The notes below the pieces were generated by a model, which was not told the DNA's origin, ran no database searches, and was given only the letters and a program-made list of their open reading frames with translations. Shown here piece by piece: positions 17,956-30,227 of a stretch of DNA of 64,000 nt (the stretch's first letter is position 1; every line of letters begins with the position of its first letter). The position numbers were made by a program, and so were the translations under genes. This stretch comes from Squalus acanthias (Eukaryota): assembly GCA_030390025.1 (NCBI GenBank), contig CM059432.1, forward strand, positions 31,684,001-31,748,000, read 5' to 3'.

Positions 17956-20031
17956 TGGGTCCATATCGCCCAGGAGGTCACCTCCTTATCATTCACATGC
18001 AGAACCTGGATCCAGTGCAGGAAGAGGTTTCATGACCTTCTACGTACTGCTAAAGTGAGTATGACTTTCCCTTCACCCTCAATCTGATCCCCATTGCCTC
18101 TCCTCACCAACACTCAGCTTTAGCAACCTCTTCCTCCATATCCCACTTGACACTGACATCCATGCACCCTTACCCATTCCCTCTCCCTCTATGGTCACAA
18201 TCACCTTACTATTCGACTATGCAGCCCTCACACTCCCTATCACTGTCATGCTTTGAAAACAACTTACAACACATAGGGAGGGCCCTTAGTCTCGCCACCT
18301 CAATCCATCTTTGTCTCCTTCTAAGCATCTATGCTATGTATTCTCTACACTCACTCCTTCAATCTCACTCAAACTCCACTTGTCTCCCTCATTGCAGGAA
18401 AAGAGAGCTCACAATAAAAGGGAAAGAGCCAGGACAGGAGGAGGGCCACCCTCATTAGCCCAGCTCACCCCCTGGGAGGATGCGGTCCTGGAGATCGTGG
18501 GCGTAGAGGAGGAAATGCAAGTGGGGGACGGACAGACGGGTGCATCAGAGCAAGCTGGTGACTGAATAGTGTTCCATCTCTCTCATTGACATTGCATGCG
18601 TCGCTGATAATGAATCTGAAGCTCTAACAGATGGATTTATGATCATCTGCAATATGCAAAGTGCATGTAACCTCACATCTCTGACCCTTTCCTTTACTCC
18701 CCCACAGGACCATCGCAAGCACCCATCCCCACTAGCCAGGAGGAAGAGCCTGAGCAGACAGACTCCTCAGAGGAAGCTGCAACCTCTGAGGGCGCAGCGT
18801 CAGCAGAACTCAGCACACCCAGCACCAGCGCAGACACTCACACCTCGGTGGGACCCTCGGGACATAGTGTAGTGTTGTCACCTGGTCTATCACAGCTCAC
18901 AAGTGAGCATCAGCAGATGGTGGAGACAGGGACAGCAGTGGAGAGTCCTAGTCGGAGGGCGCAGGACTCTCCTAGCTCGGCTCAGCTGCATGTCGACCCT
19001 CTGCCTTTGGGTCCATCCATAAGATCAGCGGTGCTGGGACTCCAGGAACAGATGCAGGAGTCTCTGACAGGTTTTGTCTCCAGGGTCGCTGCGAGTGTGG
19101 AGCGAATGGAGGAATCCATAGCGAACATGAGCAGAGCCTTTGTGGAGTCATTGGCGCATGAACGCATCACCACGGAAAGGATGGCAACCTCCGTGGAAAG
19201 GATGGCTACAGTAGAGGAGAGGATGGCTACGGCTATGGAGGAGATAAGTCGCCAGAGTGCAGAAAACATGGTCATTGTTCAGAATAGACTGGCATCTCTT
19301 GAGGAGCGTTGGTCATCTATTGAACAGAGAAACCAGACCTTCATGGAAGTCCTTCTGAGTAGGACTTCCAGTGCAGATACGGGTCCCCATGTCCCCCCTG
19401 ATGTGCAGCAAGGTGCTCTCAAGCCACTTGCAAGCGCTGAGGTGGACCTGACCCATGAGAGGGATGTTGGTGGCGCACAACAAGGAGGTGGGGGCTCCTC
19501 TCCAAGCGCTCACACTTCCATGCCACTGACAGGTCCTCGGTCAGAGCCCCACCAGAGTCCGCACCCAAGTGAAATCAGCGTCTCAACCCCTGCCCAGCCG
19601 CAGGAGCAGCAGACTGTTGCCGAGCCCTCGCAGGTTCGCAACCCCAGAGGATGCCCACCAAAGGAGTCAAGACAGGAGCAGCAACAAAGTGAGCAGGGGG
19701 CCTCCACTTCTGCTGAAGCCACAGGGGAAGCACCACGTAGGAGCACGCGTAAGAGAAAGAAACTGCACAAATAGTCACAAGGGTAGTCACTTGGGTGAAT
19801 TTTGATGTGTATTGTGAAAAAGCCATCAGGTGTAAAGTTTAAATAAAAACTCTGATGGCTACAGCTGCAATTGTGGCGTCTGTCATTTCGCTAATGGGAC
19901 TTCCACAATGAGGCCTTAGGATAACTTGCAATTGTCAGTATGGTGGTCACATTGTTAGGGATCCGCTGGGTCTGGGCCATTGTCGTAGCTCTGGTAAGAA
20001 GCTGCGAGGCAAAAGTGCTTTCTTGTCTAGG

Positions 20032-21267
20032 CTAAGCAAATCTGGCCAAGATGAGTGCGTTCCTTGCATTCCGGGCAGCTATGGTCTCGCGTAATGCTGC
20101 CGCTGGTTGAGGGGCCTCTGCAAGTTGTTCGTTCTCTCTCTCCTCCTCCTCATCTGAGGAGGCTATGTGAGGAGCCACTTGGTCCTCCGGCATCTGTAAG
20201 CCACGACGCTGTGCCATGTTGTGAAGTGCACAGCAAACCACGACGATTCTGGAGACCCTGGCTGCTGAGTATTGCAGGGCTCCACCTGATCTATCCAGGC
20301 ATCTGAAGCGCATCTTCAGCATACCGATGGTTTGCTCGATTATGGCTCTGGTGGAAATGTGACTGGAGTTGTAGCTCTCCTCAGCTGCGTTGGATGGGCT
20401 CCTCAACGGCGTCATTAGCCACGTCTTCAGAGGATAGCCCTTGTCTCCAAGTAGCCATCCGTGAAGTTGGTCTGGCGGACTGAATAGCGGAGGCACACTA
20501 GACTGGCGCAGTATGAAGGAGTCATGGCAACTGCCAGGGTACTTGGCACAAACATGCAGAACTTCCTTGTTGTGGTCACACGCCAGCTGAACGTTGAGGG
20601 AGTGGAAGCCCTTGCGGTTGACAAAAATACCTGGATTGCGATGGGGTGCCTTAAGGGCCACATGTGTGCAGTCAACGATGCCCTGCACCCTTGGAAAGCC
20701 TGCCAGATTAGCTAATCCAACCGCACGCGCCGTGACACTTGCTCGATCCTTGGTGAAATGGATGTGAGTGTGCGCGATGGCAAAGAGGGCATCGGTTACC
20801 TGCGTGATGCAGGTGTGTGCGGCCGCCTGGGAGATGCTGCTGATGTCTGCTGCTGATCCCTGGAATGAGCCTGAGGCAAAAAAGTTGAGTGCGGTGGTGA
20901 CTTTGACGGCCACTGGTAAGGGTTGTCCACCTGGTCCTCTGGGCTCCAGGTCTTGTTGCAGCATTGCACAGATGTCACCCACTACCTCTCGCGAAAGTCA
21001 GAGCCACATTTGACACTGCTGCTCAGACATGTTGAGGTAGCTGACCCTGTGTCTGTAGACCCTGTTTGGGGGGTATCTCCTGCGCCGACGGCCTTCCATG
21101 CGCTGGCCCCTTCTGTCCTGTGCAGCTTCAGGTGGGTGAGCAGCAGCTTGGCGCTCCTGCTGTTGCTGCTGCTGTTGGTGCTGCTGTTGTTCATGGTTCT
21201 GCTGGTGCCGCGGCTGTTGTTCGTCCTCATCGGATACCCAGGTGGGAAAGAAATAAATGGCTCCCAT
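20032..21267 (-). pseudogene. Harbinger DDE transposase (HARBI1-like), about 411 aa with one internal stop
   Basis: Motifs [56 protein letters not shown] and CCALHN. The ORFs 20998-21303 and 20032-20982 are in the same frame, separated by TGA at 21000-20998 (likely CGA>TGA). Confidence 0.92.
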
Positions 21268-22470
21268 GCCTCTGGTAATTGTCTCAATTGAGGAAGCCGT
21301 CAATGAGGGTGGCGAGAGGGGGTTCCCAGGAGGTCACACTGCAGATGGGTGTCAGGCTCCAAACTTCCAGAGCTGTGGTTATGCCTTATAAAAGTTCCCT
21401 CAGACCTGTGACAACAAAGTCCTGCCACCTGCAATTGATGGCTGATCAAATCTCCTATTTAAAGGTTGAGCTGCAGCTGAGAGTCAGCAATCCACTTGTG
21501 CTCCCGCCAGGTTTCACTGGAGTGTTTCCCATCAGGCATGCTTCACGTGGGAAAAGGATTAAACTACCTAAAATGCTTCAAAATCGCATTAATGAGCCAC
21601 TTTAGGGATTGTTAAGGGCTTTAATGGCCTCTCCCACCTCTTGGCGGCGGGACAGAGTCGGGAACCCCGCGACCGATTTTGTCAAAATTGCGTGGAGGCG
21701 TGTTGGAGTCGGGATGGGGTCGGGTCCCCCAAATCTGCTACTTTAACCCCCCACACGCCTCCAAACCCGACTCCACGGGTCATTCAAAATCCAGCCCAAA
21801 GAGTCTGCAAAGTTATATAGATAGACTAAGTGAGTTGGCAGTAAGGTGGCAGATCGAGTATAATGTAGGGAAATGTGAGGTTATTCACTTTGGTAGGAAG
21901 AATAGAAAAACAGAATATTTTTTAAATGGTGAGAAACTTTCAAATGTTGGTGTTCAGAGAGATTTGGGTGTCCTCGCGCAAGAAACACAGAAAGCTAGCA
22001 TGCAGTTACAGCAAGCAATAAGGAAGGCAAATGGCATGTTGGCCTTTATTGCAAGGGGGTTGGAGTATAAGAGTAAGGAAGTCTTGCTACAATTGTACAG
22101 GGCCTTGGTGAGATCACACCTGGAGTACTGTGCACAGTTTTGGTCTCCTTATCTAAGGAAGGATATACTTGCCTTGGAGGCGGTGCAACGAAGGTTCACT
22201 AGATTGATTCCTGGGATGAGAGGGCTGTCCTATGATGAGAGATTGTGTAGAATGGGCCTATACTCTCTGGAGTTTAGAAGAATGTGAGGTGATCTCATTG
22301 AAACATACAAGATTCTGAAGGGGATTGACAGGGTAGATGCTGAGAGGTTGTTTCCTCTGGCTAGAGTGCCTAAAACTAGGGGCCACTGTCTCAGGGTAAG
22401 GGGTCGGCCATTTAAGACTGAGATTAGGAGGAATTTCTTCACTCAGAGGGTTGTGAATCTTTGGAACTCT

Positions 22471-22630
22471 TTTTTTTGAGTCAACATAAAACGACTGTAA
22501 ATTAACAAAACTTCAAATTAAACTTATCTCATTAAACTAAAATAACATTGTCCGGGGAGACGATGCACTCCAGTCCCTGTGGCGCCCACCGGTCTCGGAA
22601 GGCTTCAAGTGTGCCGGCGGACACCGCGTG
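22471..22630 (-). mobile_element. 3' terminal fragment of a Tx1/L1-like non-LTR retrotransposon
   Basis: Poly(A) tail (T-run at 22470-22477), ~18-bp TSD GTGAATCTTTGGAA(C/T)TCT (22453-22470 and 22631-22648). The minus strand reads HAVSAGTLEAFRDRWAPQGLECIV..*. Clade call is tentative. Confidence 0.6.
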
Positions 22631-23539
22631 GTGAATCTTTGGAATTCTCTGCCCCAGAGGGCTGTGAATGCTGGGTCTTTGAGTATATTCAAGGCTGAGA
22701 TAGATAGATTTTTGGACTCCAGGGGAATCAAGGGATATGGAGATCGGGCGGGAAAGTGGAGTTGAGGTCGATGATCAGCCATGATCTTATTCAATGGCGG
22801 AGCAGGCTCGAGGGGCCATATGGCCTACTCCTGCTCTTATTTCTTATGTTCTTATCGCTGTTTGTCCTACATTACAACAGTGACTACACTTCAAAACTAC
22901 TTCATTGGCTGCAAAGCACTTTGGGACGTCCTGAGGCCGTGAAAGGCGCTATATAAATGCAAATCTTTCTTTTTGTCACTGGTTCAAAATCCTGGAACTC
23001 CCTCTTTAACAGCACTGTGGGAGTACCTTCACCACACGGACTGCAGCGGTTCAAGAAAGCGGCTCACCACCACCTTCTCAAGGGCAATTAGAGATGGGCA
23101 ATAAATGCTGGCCTTGCTGGCGACGCCCATATCCGAAGAATGATTTTTTTTTAAATCCCTTGATACCCACACATAACAAAAAACGATGTAAATTACTAAA
23201 CTTAAAAAATATGTAATTAAACCTGCTTTAGTTTCTTTATCTCCCACAATTTTATCTCGAGAAAAAAGCCTTTCTTTTCCACCTCCTTGAACCACTGTTA
23301 GAGAGGAAGTTCCAGCATTTTGAACAGCGATAAAAAGACTTGCATTTATATCACGCTTTTCACCTAATAAAAAAAATCAATGAGTGTTGAAAATTTCAAT
23401 TGACCCACATATGAAAAAAAGTAATTTGGTGTGTTTAAAGGTATAGCCTTTCTTCCATCTTTAATATAACTTCAACCTTTTTTTGTTTCGCATTACAGGT
23501 TAGACAACAAAGCAAGCCTAATAATTAAATGATTGCCCA

Positions 23540-23820
23540 ACACGGAAATGAAACATTTCTGCTCCTCCCCAAGTTGCGATTTCTGGTCAGTTTCATGGAC
23601 GTCATTTCCACGAGCTGGAAGAGACCAAGGAAATAACTTCAGAGTTTAAAAAAATAAGACCTTCGGATTCCTTCAATATAAACTCGAATTAAGTTCAGAT
23701 CTTCGGAGAGAAGCGTTCAAGAGAGAGGCCCTTTTTTTGGTGTGTTTACGTTGTCAGCGTTGACGGTGACAAAACGAAAAGCAAGTTTAGTTGCTACTTA
23801 GAATATATATTCCGCAGAAG
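23540..23820 (+). promoter_or_regulatory. Putative myd88 promoter with IRF/ISRE-like, CRE-like and STAT-like motifs
   Basis: Non-repetitive stretch upstream of the ATG with GGAAATGAAAC (about 23544), GACGTCA (about 23598), AAAACGAAAAGC (23771) and TTCCGCAGAA (23811, TTCN4GAA). Motif inference only. Confidence 0.4.
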
Positions 23821-24110
23821 CTCAGTATGTTTCTTTTATTTTTTTACGTAAAGAAAGGCTTTATTCTCGTGGTAAAATTGTGGGAGATAAAGAACTTAAA
23901 GCAGGTTTAATTACATATTTTTTAAAATTCAGCAAAAAGTTTGTTTTACTTTGATTTTTGTTTAATGTGCTTTTTGTTCTGAGGTTTATGTGTGAGAGAA
24001 AGTTGGGGGAATGTGCAATATAATTATTTCCGGGAGAGAATAACGAAGATTTTTTTAATTGTAATTTTGTCTATTTTTGTAAAGAATTCTGCACAAATAT
24101 TGCTCACAAA

Positions 24111-24447
24111 ATGGCAAGCTGTGAGAAGAAAAAAGGTGAGACCGCGGATTCATTGGGGCCCATTGACTTCTTCTCCATTCCCCTGATTGCCCTGAACTTC
24201 GCGGTGAGGAAGAAGCTGTCTCTGTTTCTCAATCCGAGGAGTGTGGTGGCGGCGGACTGGACGGTGCTGGCCGAGGAGATGGCCTTTAGCTATCTGGAGA
24301 TTAGGAACTACGAGAGATTAGACGACCCCACCGTAAAACTCCTGGAGGATTGGCAAGGCAAGGAAGGCTCTACCGTGGGCAGACTACTGCAGCTACTCCA
24401 GAAGATAGAACGGGATGACATCCTTGAAGACCTGAAACCATCTATTG
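24111..24447 (+). CDS. myd88: MyD88 coding exon 1 (death domain)
   Basis: Reads IPLIALNFAVRKKLSLFLNPR..AADWTVLAEEM.FSYLEIRN..DPT.KLLEDWQ..TVGRLLQLL.KIERDDIL. Donor G|GTGAGT at 24448, phase 1. Confidence 0.96.
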
Positions 24448-26045
24448 GTGAGTCTCTTTTTCCTACAATAGTATATTGTTTTTTTTTTCTAATAACACAC
24501 TTGTACCTATTATTGTTTCCCCCTTGGGGGAGCACATTCTACCTCTTCTCACCCCCACCCGCAAGAGGCTGTTGCCAACCCCAATGAACCAGTCAAGTTG
24601 AAAGGATTTAACCATCCTGCATGTGGCATTCTGTTGATTAACACAGTGTGGGACGCATGGAGGTATTGGAGGTCATAGTGAATCGTAACTGTCAGTTCAA
24701 CTTAACTAGTCAACTGGGTTATGTTCATCTGGCACAGTCCATGCAATATCTAAGATAAGGTCCTACAGAGGTATATGGGAATGGTGTGGAAAAGGCAAAT
24801 CTGGAGCACCACTTTAAATTAAACCATGATTAGTAGGACAAGGGGCACAGTTTAAAACTAGGGAAAGGTAAATTTCTTCCTGATTTGATTAGAAAGTATT
24901 TTGTATAGTTGATGAGTATGTGGAATTCAATTCTGGGTAGGTTTGTGGAGGTGGGAAACTTGGAATTATTTAAAATTAGTATTTGGAGCGTCTTTATTAA
25001 TGGGTGAGCTAGGATTGGCCGAATGGTCTTCCTCATTCATATCTATCTTGTTGAGATTTTGGGTATATGAAATTTGCATTCTGGTTACTTGTTAGGTTGT
25101 GTTCTCCTTGTCGGAATGGTACATGAAGGATTATACATTAGTCTCCATGAATGTGTTTGGGGTGTGGGTTGAGGCAGGGTGGAGCAAGGGGGTTGGGAAG
25201 ATCTCTCTATCCCATGCTGACCAACCTTCTAATTGAATGGGGCTCACTGAATCAGGAACTCTTTTTTAATATATTTCTTCTTCCTAGCCCAGAGGTGCTG
25301 AAACTAATTGCTGCCCTACTGAGTTCAGCTAACTCATTTCAGACCAGGCATTGAACTTGGAACTTTCTGGTCTGTATAACTTAGTGCCACAGTACATTTA
25401 CCCACCGAACCATCTATAATGGGTGCCTTGGCTCGGCATCTATTTCCCTCTTGGCTCTGAAGCGTCTTGGGATGCTAATTGACATTAAAAGCACTATATA
25501 AATGCAAGCTTTTGTTGTTGTAAGCTTTGGCTGATGAACTTCAATGCTGTTGTAATTTCCTTGGTACATGCTGGTTGGGCAAATAATAATCTCACTCGGA
25601 AAAGGTGCGTTGGAGTGGGTATGTTGAAGGGTAAGTTTACACTACAGCTGCAGTGTCAATCTTTGTGATTTTGACAGCAGACCCTCCTCCAAACCTGCAC
25701 TCTGAGTGCCGGTAAAATTCTGGCCATTGTGTACAAAAGGTTATGGAGAGGTGAGGAAGAGTGAATGATATAATTTTACTCTTTAAACCTTAGAGTGGAA
25801 TTTCCTGTGGGGACATAATCAGGAAGTTGCACTTGAAGATACGCCCATTCGTGCACCCATTTTGCCGAGATATCTTTATACCTAAATTTCCTTCCAATCT
25901 CATTAATGTATGCTTGATCATAAAAATGGGAATAAATAATCCGGGCACAAGGAAAGCTCCAAACTTGCACCATATATTCCCTCTTTTTAAGTATGAAAAC
26001 TTTAAGTTTCAAGCCATCTAACAATCGTTTGTACACATTAGGCAC

Positions 26046-27010
26046 AACAACAACTTGTATTTATATAGCGCCTTTAACGTAATAAAACGTCCCAAGGTGC
26101 TTCACAGGAGTACTATAAGACAAAAAATTTGACACTGAGCCACATAAGGAGAAATTAGGGCAGGTGACCAAAGGCTTGGTCAAAGAGATAAGTTTTAAGG
26201 AGCGTGTTAAAGGAGGAAAGAGAGGTAGCAAGGTGGAGAGGTTTAGGCAGGGAATTCCAGAGCTTAGGGCCTAGGCAACAGAAGGCATGGTCACCAATGG
26301 TTGAGCGATTATAATCAGGGATGCTCAAGATGGCAGAATTAGAGGAGCGCAGATATCTCTGCGGGGGGCATTGTGGGACTGAAGGAGATTACAGAGATAG
26401 AGAGGGGCGAGGCCATGGAGGGATTTGAAAACAAGGATGAGAATTTTGAAGTCGAGGCGTTGCTTAACCGGGAGCCAATGTAGGTCAGCGAGCACAGGGG
26501 TGATGGGTGAACGGGACTTGGTGTGAGTTAGGACACGGGCAGCCAAGTTTTGGATGACCTCAAGTTTACATAGGGTAGAATGTGGGAGGCCAGCCAGGAG
26601 TGCATTGGAATAGTCAAGTCTAGAGGTAACAAAGGCCTGGATGAGGGTTTCAGCAGCAGATGAGTTGAGGCAAGGGTGGAGACGGGCGATGTTACGGAGG
26701 TGTAAATAGACGTTCTTAGTTATGCTGCGGATATGTGCGCGGAAGCTAATTTCAGGGTCAAATATGACACCAAGGTTGCGTACTGTGTGGTTCAGCCTCA
26801 GACAGATGTTAGGGAGAGGGATGGAGTCAGTGGCTAGGGAACAGAGTTTGTGGCGGGGACCAAAAACCATGGCTTCGGTCTTCCCAATATTTAATTGGAG
26901 AAAATTTCTGCTTATCCAGAACTGGGATGTTGGACAAGCAGTCTGACAATTTAGAGACCGTGCAGGGGTTGAGAGAAGTGGTAGTGATGTAGAGCTGGGT
27001 GGCACAGCAT
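26046..27010 (-). mobile_element. L2-type LINE 3' fragment in myd88 intron 1
   Basis: ORF 26325-27026 reads FLQLNIGKTE..VRNLGVIFD..FVTSRLDYSNALLAGLP..LHWLPVKQRLDFKIL. Tail GCGCTATATAAATACAAG(TTG)n. Confidence 0.88.
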
Positions 27011-28659
27011 GTTTAAGACCATGCAATTATGGGCCCTTTTTAATTTTTAATGTGACTCATACTGATGCCATAGAAATGATTGGCTGAACCTGGGGCCATG
27101 CTGGTTTGTATGGCTCAGTTGCTTGCTAGTTGATTTATTTACTAACTGACACTTCAGGAGGATCTAGAAATCTAATTTTAGTTAACTGCTTTGTCAGTGG
27201 GCTAATGACCAGCCACATGATTGTTGAGCATTTGTAAAACATTTAATTTAGAGCCCTACAACCTGTGGAGTTCTGGTCTGTGAAATGTTTATTATCCCAG
27301 AACAGCCTGTATGATCGTTGGTTATACATCTGCTGTAATATATTTGAGTCGGTGTTGCTCACTTCCCCTTTTTGTGGTCTGTGTCCTGGAGGCAGTATTC
27401 GAGTAACGGGAGTTGCGTTTCAATGCAGCAATTACAGACCCTGCATTCACACAATGTCCAAGTGAAATCAGTCATTTTCTTGTCAATGCAGTTAAATATT
27501 TTTTTTTGGCGTAATTCTGGTGTTGATCTAATTTGAGGAACGAGTTTTAAGTTTCCATTCCCTTCTTGTGGTTTGAGCAGAGGCAAGGTCATGTGACTGC
27601 CTTTTTCCATGAGATACAAGATTGTTTCAAGTCTGAATTAATTTATTGGCCTCGACCAGTTTCACTGCAATTTTGGTTCCACAGGATGCTATCTTTATAG
27701 TAAAATCTCAAATTCCCGGTGGGTCTCAGTGCGCCGAATTGAGTAGTGGCGGGACTTCCACCCGACCGTCAATTCCACAATGTCCTAACTACTGGGAATG
27801 GGTCATTTACATAAAGGGGAAGGCGCCCCGATCATTCACAGTGGTTTATTTTATATTCATTCTCAGGCTGTGGGTGTCGCTGGCAAGTTTGGCATTTATT
27901 GTACATCCCTAGTTGCCCTTGAGAAGATGGTGATGGGCCATCTTGAACTGCTGCAGTGCATGTGGTAAAGGTCTTCCCACAGTGTTGGGTAGAGAGTGCT
28001 AGGAATTTGACCCAGCGACGATGAAGGAACGGCGATTATATATCCAAGTCGGGAAGGTGTTTGACTTGGATGGGAACGTGGAGGTGGTGGTGTTCCCACG
28101 CACCTGCTGCCCTTGTCCTTCCAGGTGGTGGAGATTGCGGGTTTGGGAAGTGCTGTTGAAGAAGCCTTGACGAGTTGCTGCAGTGCAATTACAACACACT
28201 GGGGTGACCCAGGAATATTGGAGCTGAATCCTGCTGCTCCATCGGGGTGGGTGGCATTGCTGTCAAGGATAGAAGAAATACTTTGAAGCTTCCAGGAGAT
28301 CAGTGTTGTGGGCCCCACTTCAGCTATTGTGCAAGCATATCAGCGGAATTTCACGCAGGGTACTTCATTGTGCGAGAGTCTCACCTCTTATAATGGAATG
28401 ACGGGAAGCATCCACCAAACATTTATCCCCTCCCCAGTCAAAATTTTACATTGTGGTTAAAAAGGGCTGAGATATGACTGAAGTGAGCCCTCCCCTCCTC
28501 CGGCTGCAAATCCCTAATCTCCCAGCCAACTCTGATTTTCATGCTAAAAATTTGAGTTGACAACGAAAGGCGAAAAGGTTATAACATACATATGGTCTGA
28601 AATGAGTAGATATGCCATGGTGGTGCTGGGATGAGAGGGGAATGTTGCATTTTTTAAAA

Positions 28660-29320
28660 TTTATTCATTCATGGGATGTGGGCGTCGCTGGCAAATCCAG
28701 CATTTATTGTCCATCCCTAATTGCCTTTGAGGCAGTGGTGGTGAGCCGCCGCCTTGAACTGCTGTTGTCCGTACGGTAAAGGCATTCCCACAGTGCTGTT
28801 AGGGAGGGAGTTCCAGGATTTTGACCCAGCGACAATGAAAGAACAGCAATATATTTCCAAGTCCGCATGGTGTGTGACCTGGAGGGGAACTTGGAGGTGG
28901 TGGTGTTCCCCTGCACCTATTCTAGGTAGTAGAGATCGCAAGTTTGGGAGGTGCTGTCGAAGAAGCCTTCTTGAGTTGCTCCAGTGGATCTTGTAAATGG
29001 TACACACTGCAACCACGTGGAGGGAGTGAATGTTTAAGGTGGTGGATGGGGTGACTTCAAGTGGATTTCTTTGTCCTGGATGGTGCTGAGCTTCTTGAGT
29101 GTTGTTGGAGCTGCACTCGTCCAGGCAAGTGGAGACTATGCCAAGTGGAAAGGCTTTGGGGAGTCAGGAGGTGAGACACTCGCTGCAGAATACCTAGCCT
29201 CTGTTATGCTCTTGTAGCCACGGTATTTATGTAGCTGGTCCAGTTAAGTTTCTGGTCAATGGCACCCCCCTAGGATGTTGATGGTGGGGAAATTAGACGA
29301 TGGTAATGCCATTGAATGTC
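28660..29320 (-). mobile_element. LINE 3' fragment (related copies at about 27870-28190 minus and 22975-23140 plus)
   Basis: Shared tail GGCAATTAGGGATGG(G/A)CAATAAATGCTGG..GACGCCCACATCCC and ..SFIVAGSKSWNSLP.. coding remnant. Confidence 0.7.
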
Positions 29321-30227
29321 AAATGTGGATGAATAAATAAGTAGGGTGCAGTTTGCAATCGTGTCTAATATTTATGGATGGAAAAGTGGAGAGAGCTTGC
29401 ATTTATATCTGAGGCAGATTTGATGAAAGAACTAGAGACTTGTTTTGTGTCTCTTAGAAATTCTCAAATAATTTCACGCACAATGGACTACTTTCATGTG
29501 CAGGCAGCCATTTTCTATACAGCATGATCCCACAAATTAATTTATTTTTGGTGGTGTTGGTTGAAGGAGGGTTGTTATCAAGACAGAGGGGAAAAAATTC
29601 CCCTCTTCAAAATATGCCACGTGGCCTTTAATGTCCACCGGGACAGGAGTACAAGTCCTGGGTTTAGCATCTTCTCTGCGGAGCAGCCCCTCCAACAATG
29701 CCGCACCCCCTTGTTTCTGCACTGGAGTGTCACCTTGGATGATGTGCTCAAGTGAGACTTAAGCTCCTTACTTTCTGGCTCTGAGGAGAGAGTGCCGCCA
29801 ACTGAGATGAGCTGATTTGCAAATGGGACATTTTGTTACCCCATTTTATAAGGTTCCACAATGTAAACTCAAAACCTGCTGCCTTAAAGTCTCTAACTGG
29901 AGATTTTGAAGATGATTATTCCCTGTAATGGCCCCGTCCCACACCAATGAATGTGGTCAACTCGGTGACTTACTGTAAAGCTTTTAAAAGACCAGAGAAT
30001 TTAATATTCATAGGGAACTTTCTACTTCTTCAGTTTTAGTACTAATTATCAGGAAAAGGAAGTGAATCTTAAAGCTGCAGTTCTCATTTTACAATTCTGC
30101 TGCAAGGCTAGTTTCCCTCAGCTGTCACAGCCATCAGAACCCCTGCCTGATCACATGCAAGCTCATTGGGCCATTTTAAATATACATAATGTATTGATGA
30201 AAATGTTTACTTCAGATTCCACCATTA

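Larger units (their letters stand above)
16993..19774 (+). pseudogene. Harbinger Myb/SANT-like DNA-binding protein gene, 3 exons (16993-18054 interrupted; 18398-18557; 18708-19774)
   Basis: Reads APRFHEVALQALV...W-VHIAQEV...RTWIQCRKRFHDL, then RTGGGPP, a coiled-coil region and a basic C-terminus RRSTRKRKK. GT-AG introns keep the frame. Disabled by TAG at 17116-17118 and a Penelope insertion. Confidence 0.82.
16713..21797. mobile_element. PIF/Harbinger DNA transposon, full-length two-gene copy
   Basis: Perfect 13-bp TIRs GGGCTGGATTTTG (16713-16725) and CAAAATCCAGCCC (21785-21797), 3-bp TSD AAA, and convergent Myb/SANT-like and transposase genes. Confidence 0.93.
16326..22852 (+). mobile_element. 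CR1-type LINE fragment (16326-16712 and 21801-22852) interrupted by a Harbinger and by a Tx1/L1-like tail
   Basis: RT sequence ([13 protein letters not shown]..., [10 protein letters not shown]) rejoins across the Harbinger as ..GAGAACACAAA|GAGTCTGCAAAG.. ORF 21679-22287 has CR1 motifs and the element ends in a (TTCTTATG) tail. Confidence 0.88.

Noticed and set aside
20032..21267. Domesticated host HARBI1 gene
   Set aside because: Lies within TIRs and a TSD beside a Myb-like partner, is inserted in a CR1, and has an internal stop.
24448..24587. C-terminal part of the 158-aa ORF 24111-24587
   Set aside because: Intron read-through past the GTGAGT donor; MyD88 similarity ends at 24447.
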